The notes under the pieces are model-generated. The model had not been told where the DNA came from and ran no database searches. It was given only the letters and a program-made list of their open reading frames with translations. DNA of 64,000 nt from assembly GCA_043819555.1 (NCBI GenBank), contig JBDREQ010000003.1, positions 64,001-128,000 on the forward strand, in the 5' to 3' direction. Positions 53,425-62,289 of this stretch are shown in pieces (positions within the stretch are counted from its first letter, which is position 1; the number at the start of each line of letters is the position of its first letter). This stretch comes from Candidatus Zixiibacteriota bacterium (lineage in GTDB: Bacteria; Zixibacteria; MSB-5A5; GN15; JAAZOE01). The position numbers and the translations under genes were made by a program.

Positions 53425-54702
53425 TTACCTCCTTACCCCGCAAGTTAAAGCTTTCAGGGCCGCTCCGGTCGCGTCCATAGTTGTTGCCGAAACATCATAA
53501 GGACGGCTGGCGACTCCGGCACCGAAAATGCCGTTGTCATTATCCGGGGCGATAAATCCAAAATCATCGAGCCTGGTATCAAGAGGAGGCGGATTATCAA
53601 CCGCGTTGGGAACCATGCCGGTCGCCAAAATCGCCATCTCAACTTCCGTACGAGTAATCTCCCCCGTAAGAGTATTTTCCGCTTCCAGAATAACGTTTCC
53701 ATTTTCAGGGTTTTCCGTGACCTTGGCGACTTTGCCGCGATGGAAGTGCATTTTTTCATCTTCCTGCATCTTAACATAAAAATCCTCGAGCCGGCCCGGT
53801 GAGCGAACATCAATATAAAATAGGTGAATATCAGCCTCAGGATATTGCTCACGCACATAAGTTGCGTGCTTCATTGAAGCCATACAACAAATCGCCGAAC
53901 AGTAAGGGAGATGGTTCTCATCGCGCGATCCGGCGCATTGCACAAACCCGATCGTCTTGATTTCGCCGCCATCCGACGGACGGGTGATTTTTCCCTCGGT
54001 TGGGCCGTCCGGTGCCGCCAAACGCTCCATCATGACGTTGGTCAAAACGTTTTTGACTTGGCCAAAACCGAGATTGTCGATCTTAGTCGCATCGTACGGT
54101 CTCCATCCGGTTGCCCAGACAATCCCTCCTACTTCGACCGTTACCATTTGCTCTTTCATATCCAGATCAATCGCGCCGTATTCGCAAGCATCGACAACCT
54201 TTTTCATCCGTTCATCAGAAGCGAATTGCGGGTCAATAACAAAGCGCGGGGGGTAGGCCAGCATATGCGGCATGTAGATTGCCTTTGATTTTTTCATACC
54301 CTGGTTGAACTCATCGTCGCGTTCAATTTCACAAACCTTTTCGCATTCACCGCAGGAGGTGCATTTTTCGTTTACAAAACGAGGATTGAGCTTGATCGTA
54401 ACCGTCAATTTGCCAGGCTGACCGCTGATGTCTTCAATATCGGCCAACGTCAATACCCGAATATTGTTGCTGGCGCGAATTCGTTTGAGGTTTATTTCGA
54501 TTCCGCAGGTGGGGGGACACAGCTTGGGAAAATACTGGTTCATTGCCGCCACTCGTCCTCCGAGCGTCGGTGATTTTTCCACAAGTATGACCTGCTTACC
54601 CGCTTCGGCTGTTTCGATGGCGCTGGTCAATCCGGCGATACCGCCGCCGACAACCATGACATCAGCCGCGAGCTGATTTTCGACAGGCTTAATCTCTGCC
54701 AT
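53425..54702 (-). CDS. qmoA: QmoA (HdrA-like flavoprotein)
   Basis: GGGIAG, YFPKLCPPTCG and CAGSRDENHLPYCSAICC. Confidence 0.95.
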   Translation of the reverse strand: MAEIKPVENQLAADVMVVGGGIAGLTSAIETAEAGKQVILVEKSPTLGGRVAAMNQYFPKLCPPTCGIEINLKRIRASNNIRVLTLADIEDISGQPGKLTVTIKLNPRFVNEKCTSCGECEKVCEIERDDEFNQGMKKSKAIYMPHMLAYPPRFVIDPQFASDERMKKVVDACEYGAIDLDMKEQMVTVEVGGIVWATGWRPYDATKIDNLGFGQVKNVLTNVMMERLAAPDGPTEGKITRPSDGGEIKTIGFVQCAGSRDENHLPYCSAICCMASMKHATYVREQYPEADIHLFYIDVRSPGRLEDFYVKMQEDEKMHFHRGKVAKVTENPENGNVILEAENTLTGEITRTEVEMAILATGMVPNAVDNPPPLDTRLDDFGFIAPDNDNGIFGAGVASRPYDVSATTMDATGAALKALTCGVRR

Positions 54703-54771
54703 AAGCTACTCCTTGGTCTTGGCCCAAGATGTTGGGTCGCTGTATGTTACAGACGTTATGTTTATCTGAGA

Positions 54772-54789
54772 TTGTGAAATATTTAACAA
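54772..54789. promoter_or_regulatory. Rex-like operator upstream of qmoA
   Basis: TTGTGAAATATTTAACAA, 1 mismatch to the Rex consensus. Confidence 0.72.
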
Positions 54790-54849
54790 ACATATGCAAA
54801 AAAAATCGGTCTAATTGCGTTAAACCTTTATATCCTATTCCAGAACCCG

Positions 54850-54878
54850 AATAAAAACAGTTTTTCCCAGTTTGTCAA
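54850..54878 (-). promoter_or_regulatory. Putative qmoA promoter
   Basis: Minus strand TTGACA-N17-TTTATT. Confidence 0.45.
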
Positions 54879-54914
54879 GCGATTTGAAAGAGAGGGATAA
54901 ATTGTAAATTAAAA

Positions 54915-55141
54915 GTAGAGCGGGATCCCAGTGATCCCGCCAAATAACTGAAACCAGGCCCCGCCTGTCTAGAGAGGGGTGCCTGCAGGGGAGGGGTGTG
55001 TTTAGTTTTGTAGCGACAATCCTTGGATTGTCGTCTGTCATCGCGAGGAGCGAAGCGACGCGGCAATCTTATTTAAGCATTGTAGGTCGAAACCCTTGCG
55101 GTTTCGACAAACCGTAGAGAACGAGCCCAACGGGCTCGTTC
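54915..55141 (+). repeat. Cluster of REP-like palindromes
   Basis: Four GTAG-led hairpins start at 54915, 55010, 55082 and 55114. A GTCATCGCGAGGAGCGAAGCGACGCGGCAATCT unit lies at 55037-55069. Confidence 0.8.
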
Positions 55142-55155
55142 CAATTATCTTCTGC

Positions 55156-56352
55156 TTATTCATTTTCCCATTTTAGTATTGGTAAATCTGGGAAAGATTC
55201 TTGCACCCATTCAATATCTCGAGGGACTACTGAAACTTCAACTTTATCTTTTTCAACTCTCCCGGAAATTTTGTCATATGGACTATAGATCATTAAACAA
55301 TTACTATGATCAACCTTTTGATTGTTATTTGGAGCCAATAATTCTAATAAATTTGGGCCCGGCTGCTCTTTTTCGATCTTGCTAACTATTCCTCGTAAAG
55401 ATTCACCCTTTTGTAAGACATGAACAGTTTTTTCATTTGAATGTTCAGTAATCTTATCAGATGTATCCTGAATTATTTGTACATTATCTACCATAGCCGT
55501 TATCATTTCTTCATAAACATAAATAAATTCAATCGCACCCGGAATCCACTCCCAATTTTGTGTTCGCAATATGGTTTGGAGAGATATTTGCAAACAAAAT
55601 TCTACAGCATCTAATCTCCAATTTGCTGGATGTCCATAAGGTTTTCTTTTCCATTCTAATTTGATTTTGTCGGAATCGTAGGGTTTGTAAATTGATGGAA
55701 GGAATTCTTGGAGGGTGAGAAATTCATGAGGTTTTATTCCAAATGCAGAAACTTTTAGTGCTTGTGTTACATCAGTACTGCCGACAGGTAAATCCCTCAA
55801 ACCTTTGTTATTCTTAAAAGAATAAAATAGTGCAATTCCTATATATTCTAATGCCTTTTTATAATTTTCATTTTCGAATTCTTGTATTGCCGAATTGAAA
55901 TAACCTTTTATATCATTATCTCGTATCATATCCACTTCATCAATATCGTTCAATGATTTACCCAGTGAAATTGTACATATTTCATTAATTCTTGTTATTG
56001 TCTTAATTCCCACATCAAGCCACTAGGATGAATCTGGAAAGCTTCCTGTATGCTTGATCCCCACACGTACACTATTTAATTGTGTAAAATAACTTATATG
56101 CGATTCCATATTTGGAATTTGGTTTTTTAATGCTTCAAAATAACTCAAAAAAGTTTTCTTTTGGGGTAATTTGTCTTCATGGTGGGCAACTCCGGCAATC
56201 GCAAGTTCGGTGGCGTCATGAGCAGTCAGAATATTATGAGCAACTATGTACTTGTCAGGATTTTCAATTTCAATTGATTCAATAGTTCCTAATAGTGATT
56301 TTGCCATAAGGAGCCTATCGATTACTTCCTGCGATATGTTTTTTCTATTCAT
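55156..56352 (-). pseudogene. HEPN-motif protein gene interrupted by one in-frame TAG (56025-56023)
   Basis: Both ORFs share a frame: ...FPDSS-TAG-WLDVGIKT. An R-X4-H motif (RVGIKH) precedes the stop, and the region is AT-rich. Confidence 0.7.
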
Positions 56353-56477
56353 ATAATACTCCACAATAATGTAATCTGATATCCAATATAGGGTTCAAAG
56401 TGATTTTAATAAATATAATAATCAATATTTTTGCCGGGTGCCACAGCTTCCGTTGGCTTAGTTCAGCTTTGTAGCTT

Positions 56478-56507
56478 TGTAGGTCGAAACCCTTGTGGTT
56501 TCGACAA
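56478..56507 (+). repeat. Second copy of GTAG REP-like hairpin
   Basis: TGTAGGTCGAAACCCTTGTGGTTTCGACAA, one loop difference from the copy at 55081. Confidence 0.85.
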
Positions 56508-56774
56508 TAATTCATTCACCATATTTCCCATCACCTATTTTATCATGGTTGACTCCCCAATCCCGGCTATATATTCCTTTCTCAAAATAACTCAACAAAG
56601 ACGATTGCTCATACAAAAACGGATCACTAACCATACCATGTTGACCGGGTTATAATGGATATAATCTATATGGACATTTAAATCTTTTTGATTTCTAATT
56701 ATATGATCCCAAAAACGATACTGCCAAACCCGGCCGCTATCATCGTTATTCCGGACTCTATAATTTGCTGGGCT

Positions 56775-56820
56775 GGTGGCCCATCTTAAAAAATAGGCGA
56801 AGCGTTTTTTTTAAGATGGG
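56775..56820 (+). repeat. GGTG-led long hairpin (REP-like; may also terminate the porin gene)
   Basis: CCCATCTTAAAAAA...TTTTTTAAGATGGG. Confidence 0.55.
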
Positions 56821-56869
56821 TTCCCGCTTTGAAACGATTGACTATAACTCCAAAATTTTTATAAAGCCA

Positions 56870-57466
56870 TCAAAATGCTATCAATGTGACCATCAGGTTG
56901 ATATGGGCGTGGTCAAATTCGACTTCGGTGTTAGTGGAATCGTCAACTGATTTGGTTTTGCCGAATGAAAAATAAGCGCCGGCCTGAAAATGGGGGGCAA
57001 ACTCGTAACCTGCCCCAAACAGCATCCCAAAGCCGGGATCGTTGGACCCGGATACCGTGATATTGTCCTTTTTGAACTCCAATTCAAAATTATAGCCGCC
57101 AACTCCTACCGTGGTGAAAAAAGAAGAGCCTTTGGCGCCATAATAATGATACCAGGCCACACCTCCGAACCCCTGTGTAGCGGTGACATTTTTAAGATCG
57201 GTTTCATAACCGGCAACATTGCCCTCGAGAACCAGCATATTGTATTCATCCCATGCGTAGCCAAGAAGAAGGTTGACTCCCAGGCCAGCCTTAGTTTCTT
57301 CGAAAGCCAGATTCAAATCCGGAATGAGTTCGGTTTTCCATTTGCTCGCCGGGGAGAATCCCAATCCTCCGCCGAGGACAAAACCTTTGCGGTCTCCATC
57401 AAAACCAACCGCGGTGGAACACAAAATTAGTGTGACGAGTAGCAGAAGATAAAAGTTTTTTTTCAT
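56870..57466 (-). CDS. Outer-membrane beta-barrel protein
   Basis: GGAGG RBS, signal peptide, alternating Gly/aromatic strands and a terminal Phe. Confidence 0.8.
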   Translation of the reverse strand: MKKNFYLLLLVTLILCSTAVGFDGDRKGFVLGGGLGFSPASKWKTELIPDLNLAFEETKAGLGVNLLLGYAWDEYNMLVLEGNVAGYETDLKNVTATQGFGGVAWYHYYGAKGSSFFTTVGVGGYNFELEFKKDNITVSGSNDPGFGMLFGAGYEFAPHFQAGAYFSFGKTKSVDDSTNTEVEFDHAHINLMVTLIAF

Positions 57467-57563
57467 AATTCCTCCCTGGATTTTATAAATTGTTATATTC
57501 AGTTTAGGCTTCAATCCCGCTATAGTCAAGTTTATGTTTTATATCAGATAATTTTCATCCCCA

Positions 57564-57793
57564 GGTGCCCCCACAGCTTGCTGTGGATTAGGTCATTTTT
57601 CCTCTCAACCCACCCTTAATTCCGAAATCCTCCACTTGATTGAAAGAAATTAAAATCTCAATCATTGGAAGTATTATGACTAAAACTCAGATCATCCAGC
57701 GGCAGCCAAAAACAGGCCCCCGCCTGTGTCATTCTCGAGAGCGGAGCCCCTAATGGGCGCAGCCCCTTGGGGCGATGCGAATCGGGAATCCAG
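57564..57793 (+). repeat. REP-like units upstream of porin gene
   Basis: GGTG-ccc-CCACAGC-tt-GCTGTGG at 57564. CAGGCCCC(C)GCCTGT at 57713 is shared with 54955. GTCATTCTCG...CGGGAATCCAG spans 57728-57793. Confidence 0.55.
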
Positions 57794-58295
57794 ACAGCGA
57801 TGTTATTTTCCTAAATACCCGCTTTCGCGATTAGGACAAAAGGAATGCCACCATGCTAATAAAAACCACCGATTTTATGTCGCTGAACCTAAAAATGACA
57901 GAACAAAGCCAATTTGCGGTAACCAATAGTGAAACATTAAATTACAAGGATTTTTGAAATCAATATGTGGATAACTTATGAGAAAATAATCAAAATCAAT
58001 AGCAAATTTGCAGATCACCGTTCCGAGCGCAAACGAGAAGCCCGACATTGAGCTTTCGTGTTGTCTTAAATGAATCCCGGAAACAATCTCTCCAGGCGGA
58101 ATCCCAATCAAAAAATGGGTATGTTTTTTTGAAATGAACCCTGCTTAATTTTCTTTGCAAAGACGGTAAAGACATTTTCTTATTTCCCCTAAATCCTTGC
58201 AATTGGTACTATTGATTTATATTTTCAGAGCATGCAATAAAATTGACCGGGATATTAAAAATTGAATAGACCGTTTTTATTGTGAGGAGTCATCT

Positions 58296-59408
58296 TTGGA
58301 AATACGTCTGATTGCCGAAGGCGAAGAAAAGCTTTGCAATGATTTTCATAATCGAATCTATAAAAATAACCGTTCTTTGCATCAATGGAAATGGGAATTT
58401 GTTCTCAATAATTATAACCAATCGATTCCGTTTGCGGTTGCCGTGGACAAAGATAGAGTCGTTGGAACCCAGTCTTTTATTCCGATTCGTATGATTGACA
58501 AAGATGGAGTTTACTGGACTGCCAAATCCGAAGAGACTCTGGTTGATCCCGATTACCGCGGCCAAAAGCTATTTGAAAAAATGTATTCCTTATTATTTGA
58601 TTACGCCAAAGAACATGAGTTCGCGTTCATATGGGGTTTTACTCCTGCAATCAAAGCGTTCAAACGGATGGATTTTTCTATTCCCGGCAACGTGGAACAA
58701 ATTTTTATCCCTTTTATGAATAAATCTATCTCAGCGATGATGGATAAAGAATATCACAATTTACCCCAAAGTATGAAGAATAAAATTAAAATTGCAGTAT
58801 CCCGGACGGCCGGTATTCCGGCGCAGCTATTCAGTTCCATTAAGATTGCCTTGAATAAAAATCAAAACATTAATAGTTTAGATATTAAAACGTGGGATAG
58901 CCCGGATGTTCAATCTGGAGAAGTCTGCGAGCGGTTCATAGAAAAATGGGGTGGCACTACTATTTATCGCGACTCCAAGTATCTTCATTGGAGGTTATTT
59001 GATAATCCTTATGTGAAAAGCGTAGTAAAAGCCATTTATAATAAAGATAAATTGCTTGGCTGGGTAGCATATACTATGGCCGACGATGGTATGGGTTATC
59101 TGGTGGACCTAATGGTCGCCGACGATGATGCTGAGTTTTCACTCATAGACCAAATCAGGGCTTTATTGCTCGAAGCCATTATTGGCACCCGAAATATGGG
59201 AGCTACCGGAATACGCGGATGGCACGTCAATAATCATCCGTTTGATAACCTCACTTGCAAAATCGCGAAAAGTGTCGGGTTTTATCATTTCAAACGCGGA
59301 CATGCCGTAGTAATATATAATTGCGAGGCCGGAAAAAAGCGAGTTTCATTCGATAAATTCGACGACTGGTTTATCAGCAGGATTTACACCGAAGGAGTAA
59401 TCGGGTAG
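58296..59408 (+). CDS. GNAT family N-acetyltransferase (tandem GNAT)
   Basis: ETLVDPDYRGQKLF acetyl-CoA-binding motif and YLHWRLFDNP. Confidence 0.82.
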   Translation: MEIRLIAEGEEKLCNDFHNRIYKNNRSLHQWKWEFVLNNYNQSIPFAVAVDKDRVVGTQSFIPIRMIDKDGVYWTAKSEETLVDPDYRGQKLFEKMYSLLFDYAKEHEFAFIWGFTPAIKAFKRMDFSIPGNVEQIFIPFMNKSISAMMDKEYHNLPQSMKNKIKIAVSRTAGIPAQLFSSIKIALNKNQNINSLDIKTWDSPDVQSGEVCERFIEKWGGTTIYRDSKYLHWRLFDNPYVKSVVKAIYNKDKLLGWVAYTMADDGMGYLVDLMVADDDAEFSLIDQIRALLLEAIIGTRNMGATGIRGWHVNNHPFDNLTCKIAKSVGFYHFKRGHAVVIYNCEAGKKRVSFDKFDDWFISRIYTEGVIG

Positions 59409-60814
59409 TGATCTTGCCGGAAGTCGCCTATATTCAAAATCAAATATCCAACCATATTTCACTATTTTTCAATCTAAAAGGAAAAAACTTGTTTGAAAGT
59501 GGCTATATCCGCTTTCTCCCTTATGAAAAAGCAATAACTACCCAGGACAAAGTAATCGCAATTCCATATGACATTGAGGTCCCCCAGCATCAGGAAAAAC
59601 CATATACTGTAAAATTCAACAACACAAAACTTACTCTTTGGAATGGAATCAGTAATCCTTCTGAGAATACTTGGGAAGCGATTCCCGGTGACTCAGCTCC
59701 ATTGTGGTATCGAAATCAGCATGGTACTCTGATTCCGGCGTGGAATTTGTACGGCAATTTATTTCATCTTCTGACGTTTGCCGAAGAAAAAGGCTCAACT
59801 TCAACAGATTCACACGGAAGATTTGCGGCCGCGTTCAGCCCGAGATTAAATTATAACCTGCTGGAAGTACCGGCATTTAATGAAGCAGTTGCCGCCATTG
59901 TAGCTGCGTACGCCGGACTATGCGAGAATGGTTATCCTTTTCTCAATTTGAATAACATTTTAAAACCCCCGGTTATCGTTTTATCACACGATTGCGATAT
60001 ACTGAGAGGTAATGATATCTGGACTCAGACTGTGCGAGGGGTTCGAATATTTCTGCCATTAATCAGGTTTAGGCTGCCTGCGATTAACAATATATGGTGG
60101 ATTATTAGAAACGCCTTTACGCCTCGCAGATACTATTTCGATAATGCAGCCGGCATGGTCGATCTGGAAAGATGCTTTGGATTCAGTTCGACTTTTTATC
60201 TTATTAATGGTAAGGGTGGAAGATTTGGCGCTCGAAGCGGGTTTAGGATTATCCCGGAATTATTAAATCACATCCCTCCGGGATGTGATACCGGGATGCA
60301 TTACAATTATGATACTTTTCTAAACGATAAGAAATTCCGGGCTCAACTCGAACAACTCACCAGTATTGAAGATTTAAAAATAGTAAACGGCAGAGCACAC
60401 TATCTTAAATTCGATCCTGAAAAATCATTTACTTTTATAGCCAAATATGGAATTTATTTGGACGAATCTTCCGGCTATGCCGATCGAACCGGATATCGTA
60501 ACGGTATTGCCGGGTGCTTTCAAGTTTACGATACGATTCAAAAAAGGCCCTTGGATATCTGGGAATTACCCATGACAATTATGGATTCTATGTTTGTCGG
60601 GCAATATTGCAGTCAATCAATCAACAAATTCAATCAGCTATTATATCATCTGAGCTGTGTTGGAGGAGCCTTAAGTATTAATTTTCATCCGGGTCAATTT
60701 TTCAATCCAGAATATAAACAGTTGATTGGCATATATCACAAAATGCTAATTGAAAGCCGGATATTAGGGGCAGTATCTATGACCGCTCGTTCACTTATGG
60801 ACCAAATTCGTTAA
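59408..60814 (+). CDS. Polysaccharide deacetylase-like protein
   Basis: DSHGRF, SHDCD, GMHY, RAHYL, ELPMTIMD and FHP. Confidence 0.8.
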   Translation: MILPEVAYIQNQISNHISLFFNLKGKNLFESGYIRFLPYEKAITTQDKVIAIPYDIEVPQHQEKPYTVKFNNTKLTLWNGISNPSENTWEAIPGDSAPLWYRNQHGTLIPAWNLYGNLFHLLTFAEEKGSTSTDSHGRFAAAFSPRLNYNLLEVPAFNEAVAAIVAAYAGLCENGYPFLNLNNILKPPVIVLSHDCDILRGNDIWTQTVRGVRIFLPLIRFRLPAINNIWWIIRNAFTPRRYYFDNAAGMVDLERCFGFSSTFYLINGKGGRFGARSGFRIIPELLNHIPPGCDTGMHYNYDTFLNDKKFRAQLEQLTSIEDLKIVNGRAHYLKFDPEKSFTFIAKYGIYLDESSGYADRTGYRNGIAGCFQVYDTIQKRPLDIWELPMTIMDSMFVGQYCSQSINKFNQLLYHLSCVGGALSINFHPGQFFNPEYKQLIGIYHKMLIESRILGAVSMTARSLMDQIR

Positions 60815-60855
60815 CGAAGAATGACAGGTGCCATTCATGCTTACCGCAGAAATCG

Positions 60856-61791
60856 CTAAACATATCTCATTCGCCTGTCTTTGCGGCGGATTAGTTCGTT
60901 GGCATATTCCTGGCCCAGCCATGATGCATTGTATTTGACCCATTCAGAAAACTTGGTTGGTCCGGTCGGTTCTGATTCAACAAATAACAGATTGCTCATC
61001 AAACCGTCGACTTCCGCGCGAGTGATAATGACGTCGTTTTTAAATTTGCTAATAAGTTGGCCCGTAAAACATGCCACAGCAGGAGGGATAGATAAAATTG
61101 GTTTATCAACACCTATAGCACTGGCAATGACTTTAACCAACTCTCGATATGTGAAAGTCTCGGGTCCGAGACAATCAATAATCACATTCTCTCGACTTCC
61201 GCCCGATTCGACCGCGATTTTGGCCAGATCGTCGACGAAAATGGGCTGCAATTTATATTCGCCATCGCCAAAAATGCCAAAGACCGGGAATTTCCTAAGG
61301 AGCCAGGCAATGTTGTTTGTTAATATATCCTCTCTGCCAAAAATCAAAGTTGGTCTCAAAATGGCGTACGATATTCCCGTATCTATCAGAGCTTTTTCCA
61401 GAACCGCCTTGCCTCTGAAATATTCAAGACGCGAATCCTCAGAAGGATTGGTGACACTGACATGAACGATCCGCTCAACCCCGGCCGCTTTAGCCGCCTC
61501 GAACAATTTTATGGTATTCTCAACCGCATCTGCATGTTTAAACAACTTGTGATTGAATCTCACCCAGTAAGTATTATACAGGACCGACACAGCCTCAAGA
61601 GAGTTTGTCAAATCCTCTGGATGGTTAAAACCTAAGGGATAAGCCCGGATTTTTCCTCCAAAAGAATTATCCCTTTCAGGAGAATTAGTCAATGTAATGA
61701 CTTCGCATCCTATGTTTAGGAGATGCCGAGCAATATATTTTCCCGTATATCCAAAAGCCCCTGTAACTGCGTGTATTTTTCCCTCATTCAT
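60856..61791 (-). CDS. NAD(P)-binding SDR/epimerase (NDUFA9-like)
   Basis: VTGAFGYTG, YFRGK, LRPT and QPIFVDDLA. Confidence 0.88.
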   Translation of the reverse strand: MNEGKIHAVTGAFGYTGKYIARHLLNIGCEVITLTNSPERDNSFGGKIRAYPLGFNHPEDLTNSLEAVSVLYNTYWVRFNHKLFKHADAVENTIKLFEAAKAAGVERIVHVSVTNPSEDSRLEYFRGKAVLEKALIDTGISYAILRPTLIFGREDILTNNIAWLLRKFPVFGIFGDGEYKLQPIFVDDLAKIAVESGGSRENVIIDCLGPETFTYRELVKVIASAIGVDKPILSIPPAVACFTGQLISKFKNDVIITRAEVDGLMSNLLFVESEPTGPTKFSEWVKYNASWLGQEYANELIRRKDRRMRYV

Positions 61792-61803
61792 TTTGTATCC
61801 GGC

Positions 61804-62286
61804 TTATTCAAACCTGTTATCGGCCTTATTATCATCTTGCCTGTCAGCTTTATCAGACAACCAGCCGGTGCGCACGTCAGTTTCTTCATCGAAAGATGGA
61901 GTATATGGCTTAATATCTAATAGGGGTGTGCCGTCAAGCATGTCGATATTTTCTATATGCAACATATTCCCCTCGATTTTAACAAGTTTCACAACCGACA
62001 AACCAATCGCATTGGGTCTCCGGGGTGCGCGAGTGGCAAACAGCCCCCGCTCTACATCATCCAAATACGGAATGACTTTTAATTTGTATCCGGTTGACCG
62101 ATGCAAATGATACAGCAGAATTATGTGCGAAAATTTATCAAGATCGGCCAATCCTTCGATATAGTTTTTAAATATTTCAATCGTCCCCTTGACGTCTTTG
62201 CCCTTACCCGGTTGAATCGGAGTTCCTTTTTGTTCTATAAAAGGTGTATGAATAATTCCAATTGGTTCGAATTCTATCTTATCCAT
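61804..62286 (-). CDS. tsaA: tRNA m6t6A37 methyltransferase TrmO/TsaA
   Basis: PIGIIHTPF, GLFATRAPRRPNAIGLS and DGTPLLDIKPY. Confidence 0.95.
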   Translation of the reverse strand: MDKIEFEPIGIIHTPFIEQKGTPIQPGKGKDVKGTIEIFKNYIEGLADLDKFSHIILLYHLHRSTGYKLKVIPYLDDVERGLFATRAPRRPNAIGLSVVKLVKIEGNMLHIENIDMLDGTPLLDIKPYTPSFDEETDVRTGWLSDKADRQDDNKADNRFE

Positions 62287-62289
62287 ATT

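Noticed and set aside
52645..53448. Long plus-strand ORF (267 aa), and similar ORFs opposite dsrL, dsrK and pccB
   Set aside because: These are antisense shadows of well-supported genes with no motifs of their own.
51166..54702. Methanogen-type hdrA or selenocysteine-containing Hdr/Mvh
   Set aside because: Qmo-specific motifs and dsr linkage are present, and there is no in-frame TGA.
54915..55141. Possible CRISPR array
   Set aside because: Units differ in sequence, spacing is irregular and there are no cas genes; a REP-like cluster fits better.
56023..56025. Genome-wide TAG recoding or pyrrolysine
   Set aside because: TAG ends several conserved genes at their expected C-termini, and no pyl genes or methylamine methyltransferase context are present.
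57800..58290. Riboswitch or small gene in the long intergenic region
   Set aside because: I found no recognisable aptamer consensus, and the short ORFs lack an RBS and protein-like composition; an Rfam search would settle it.
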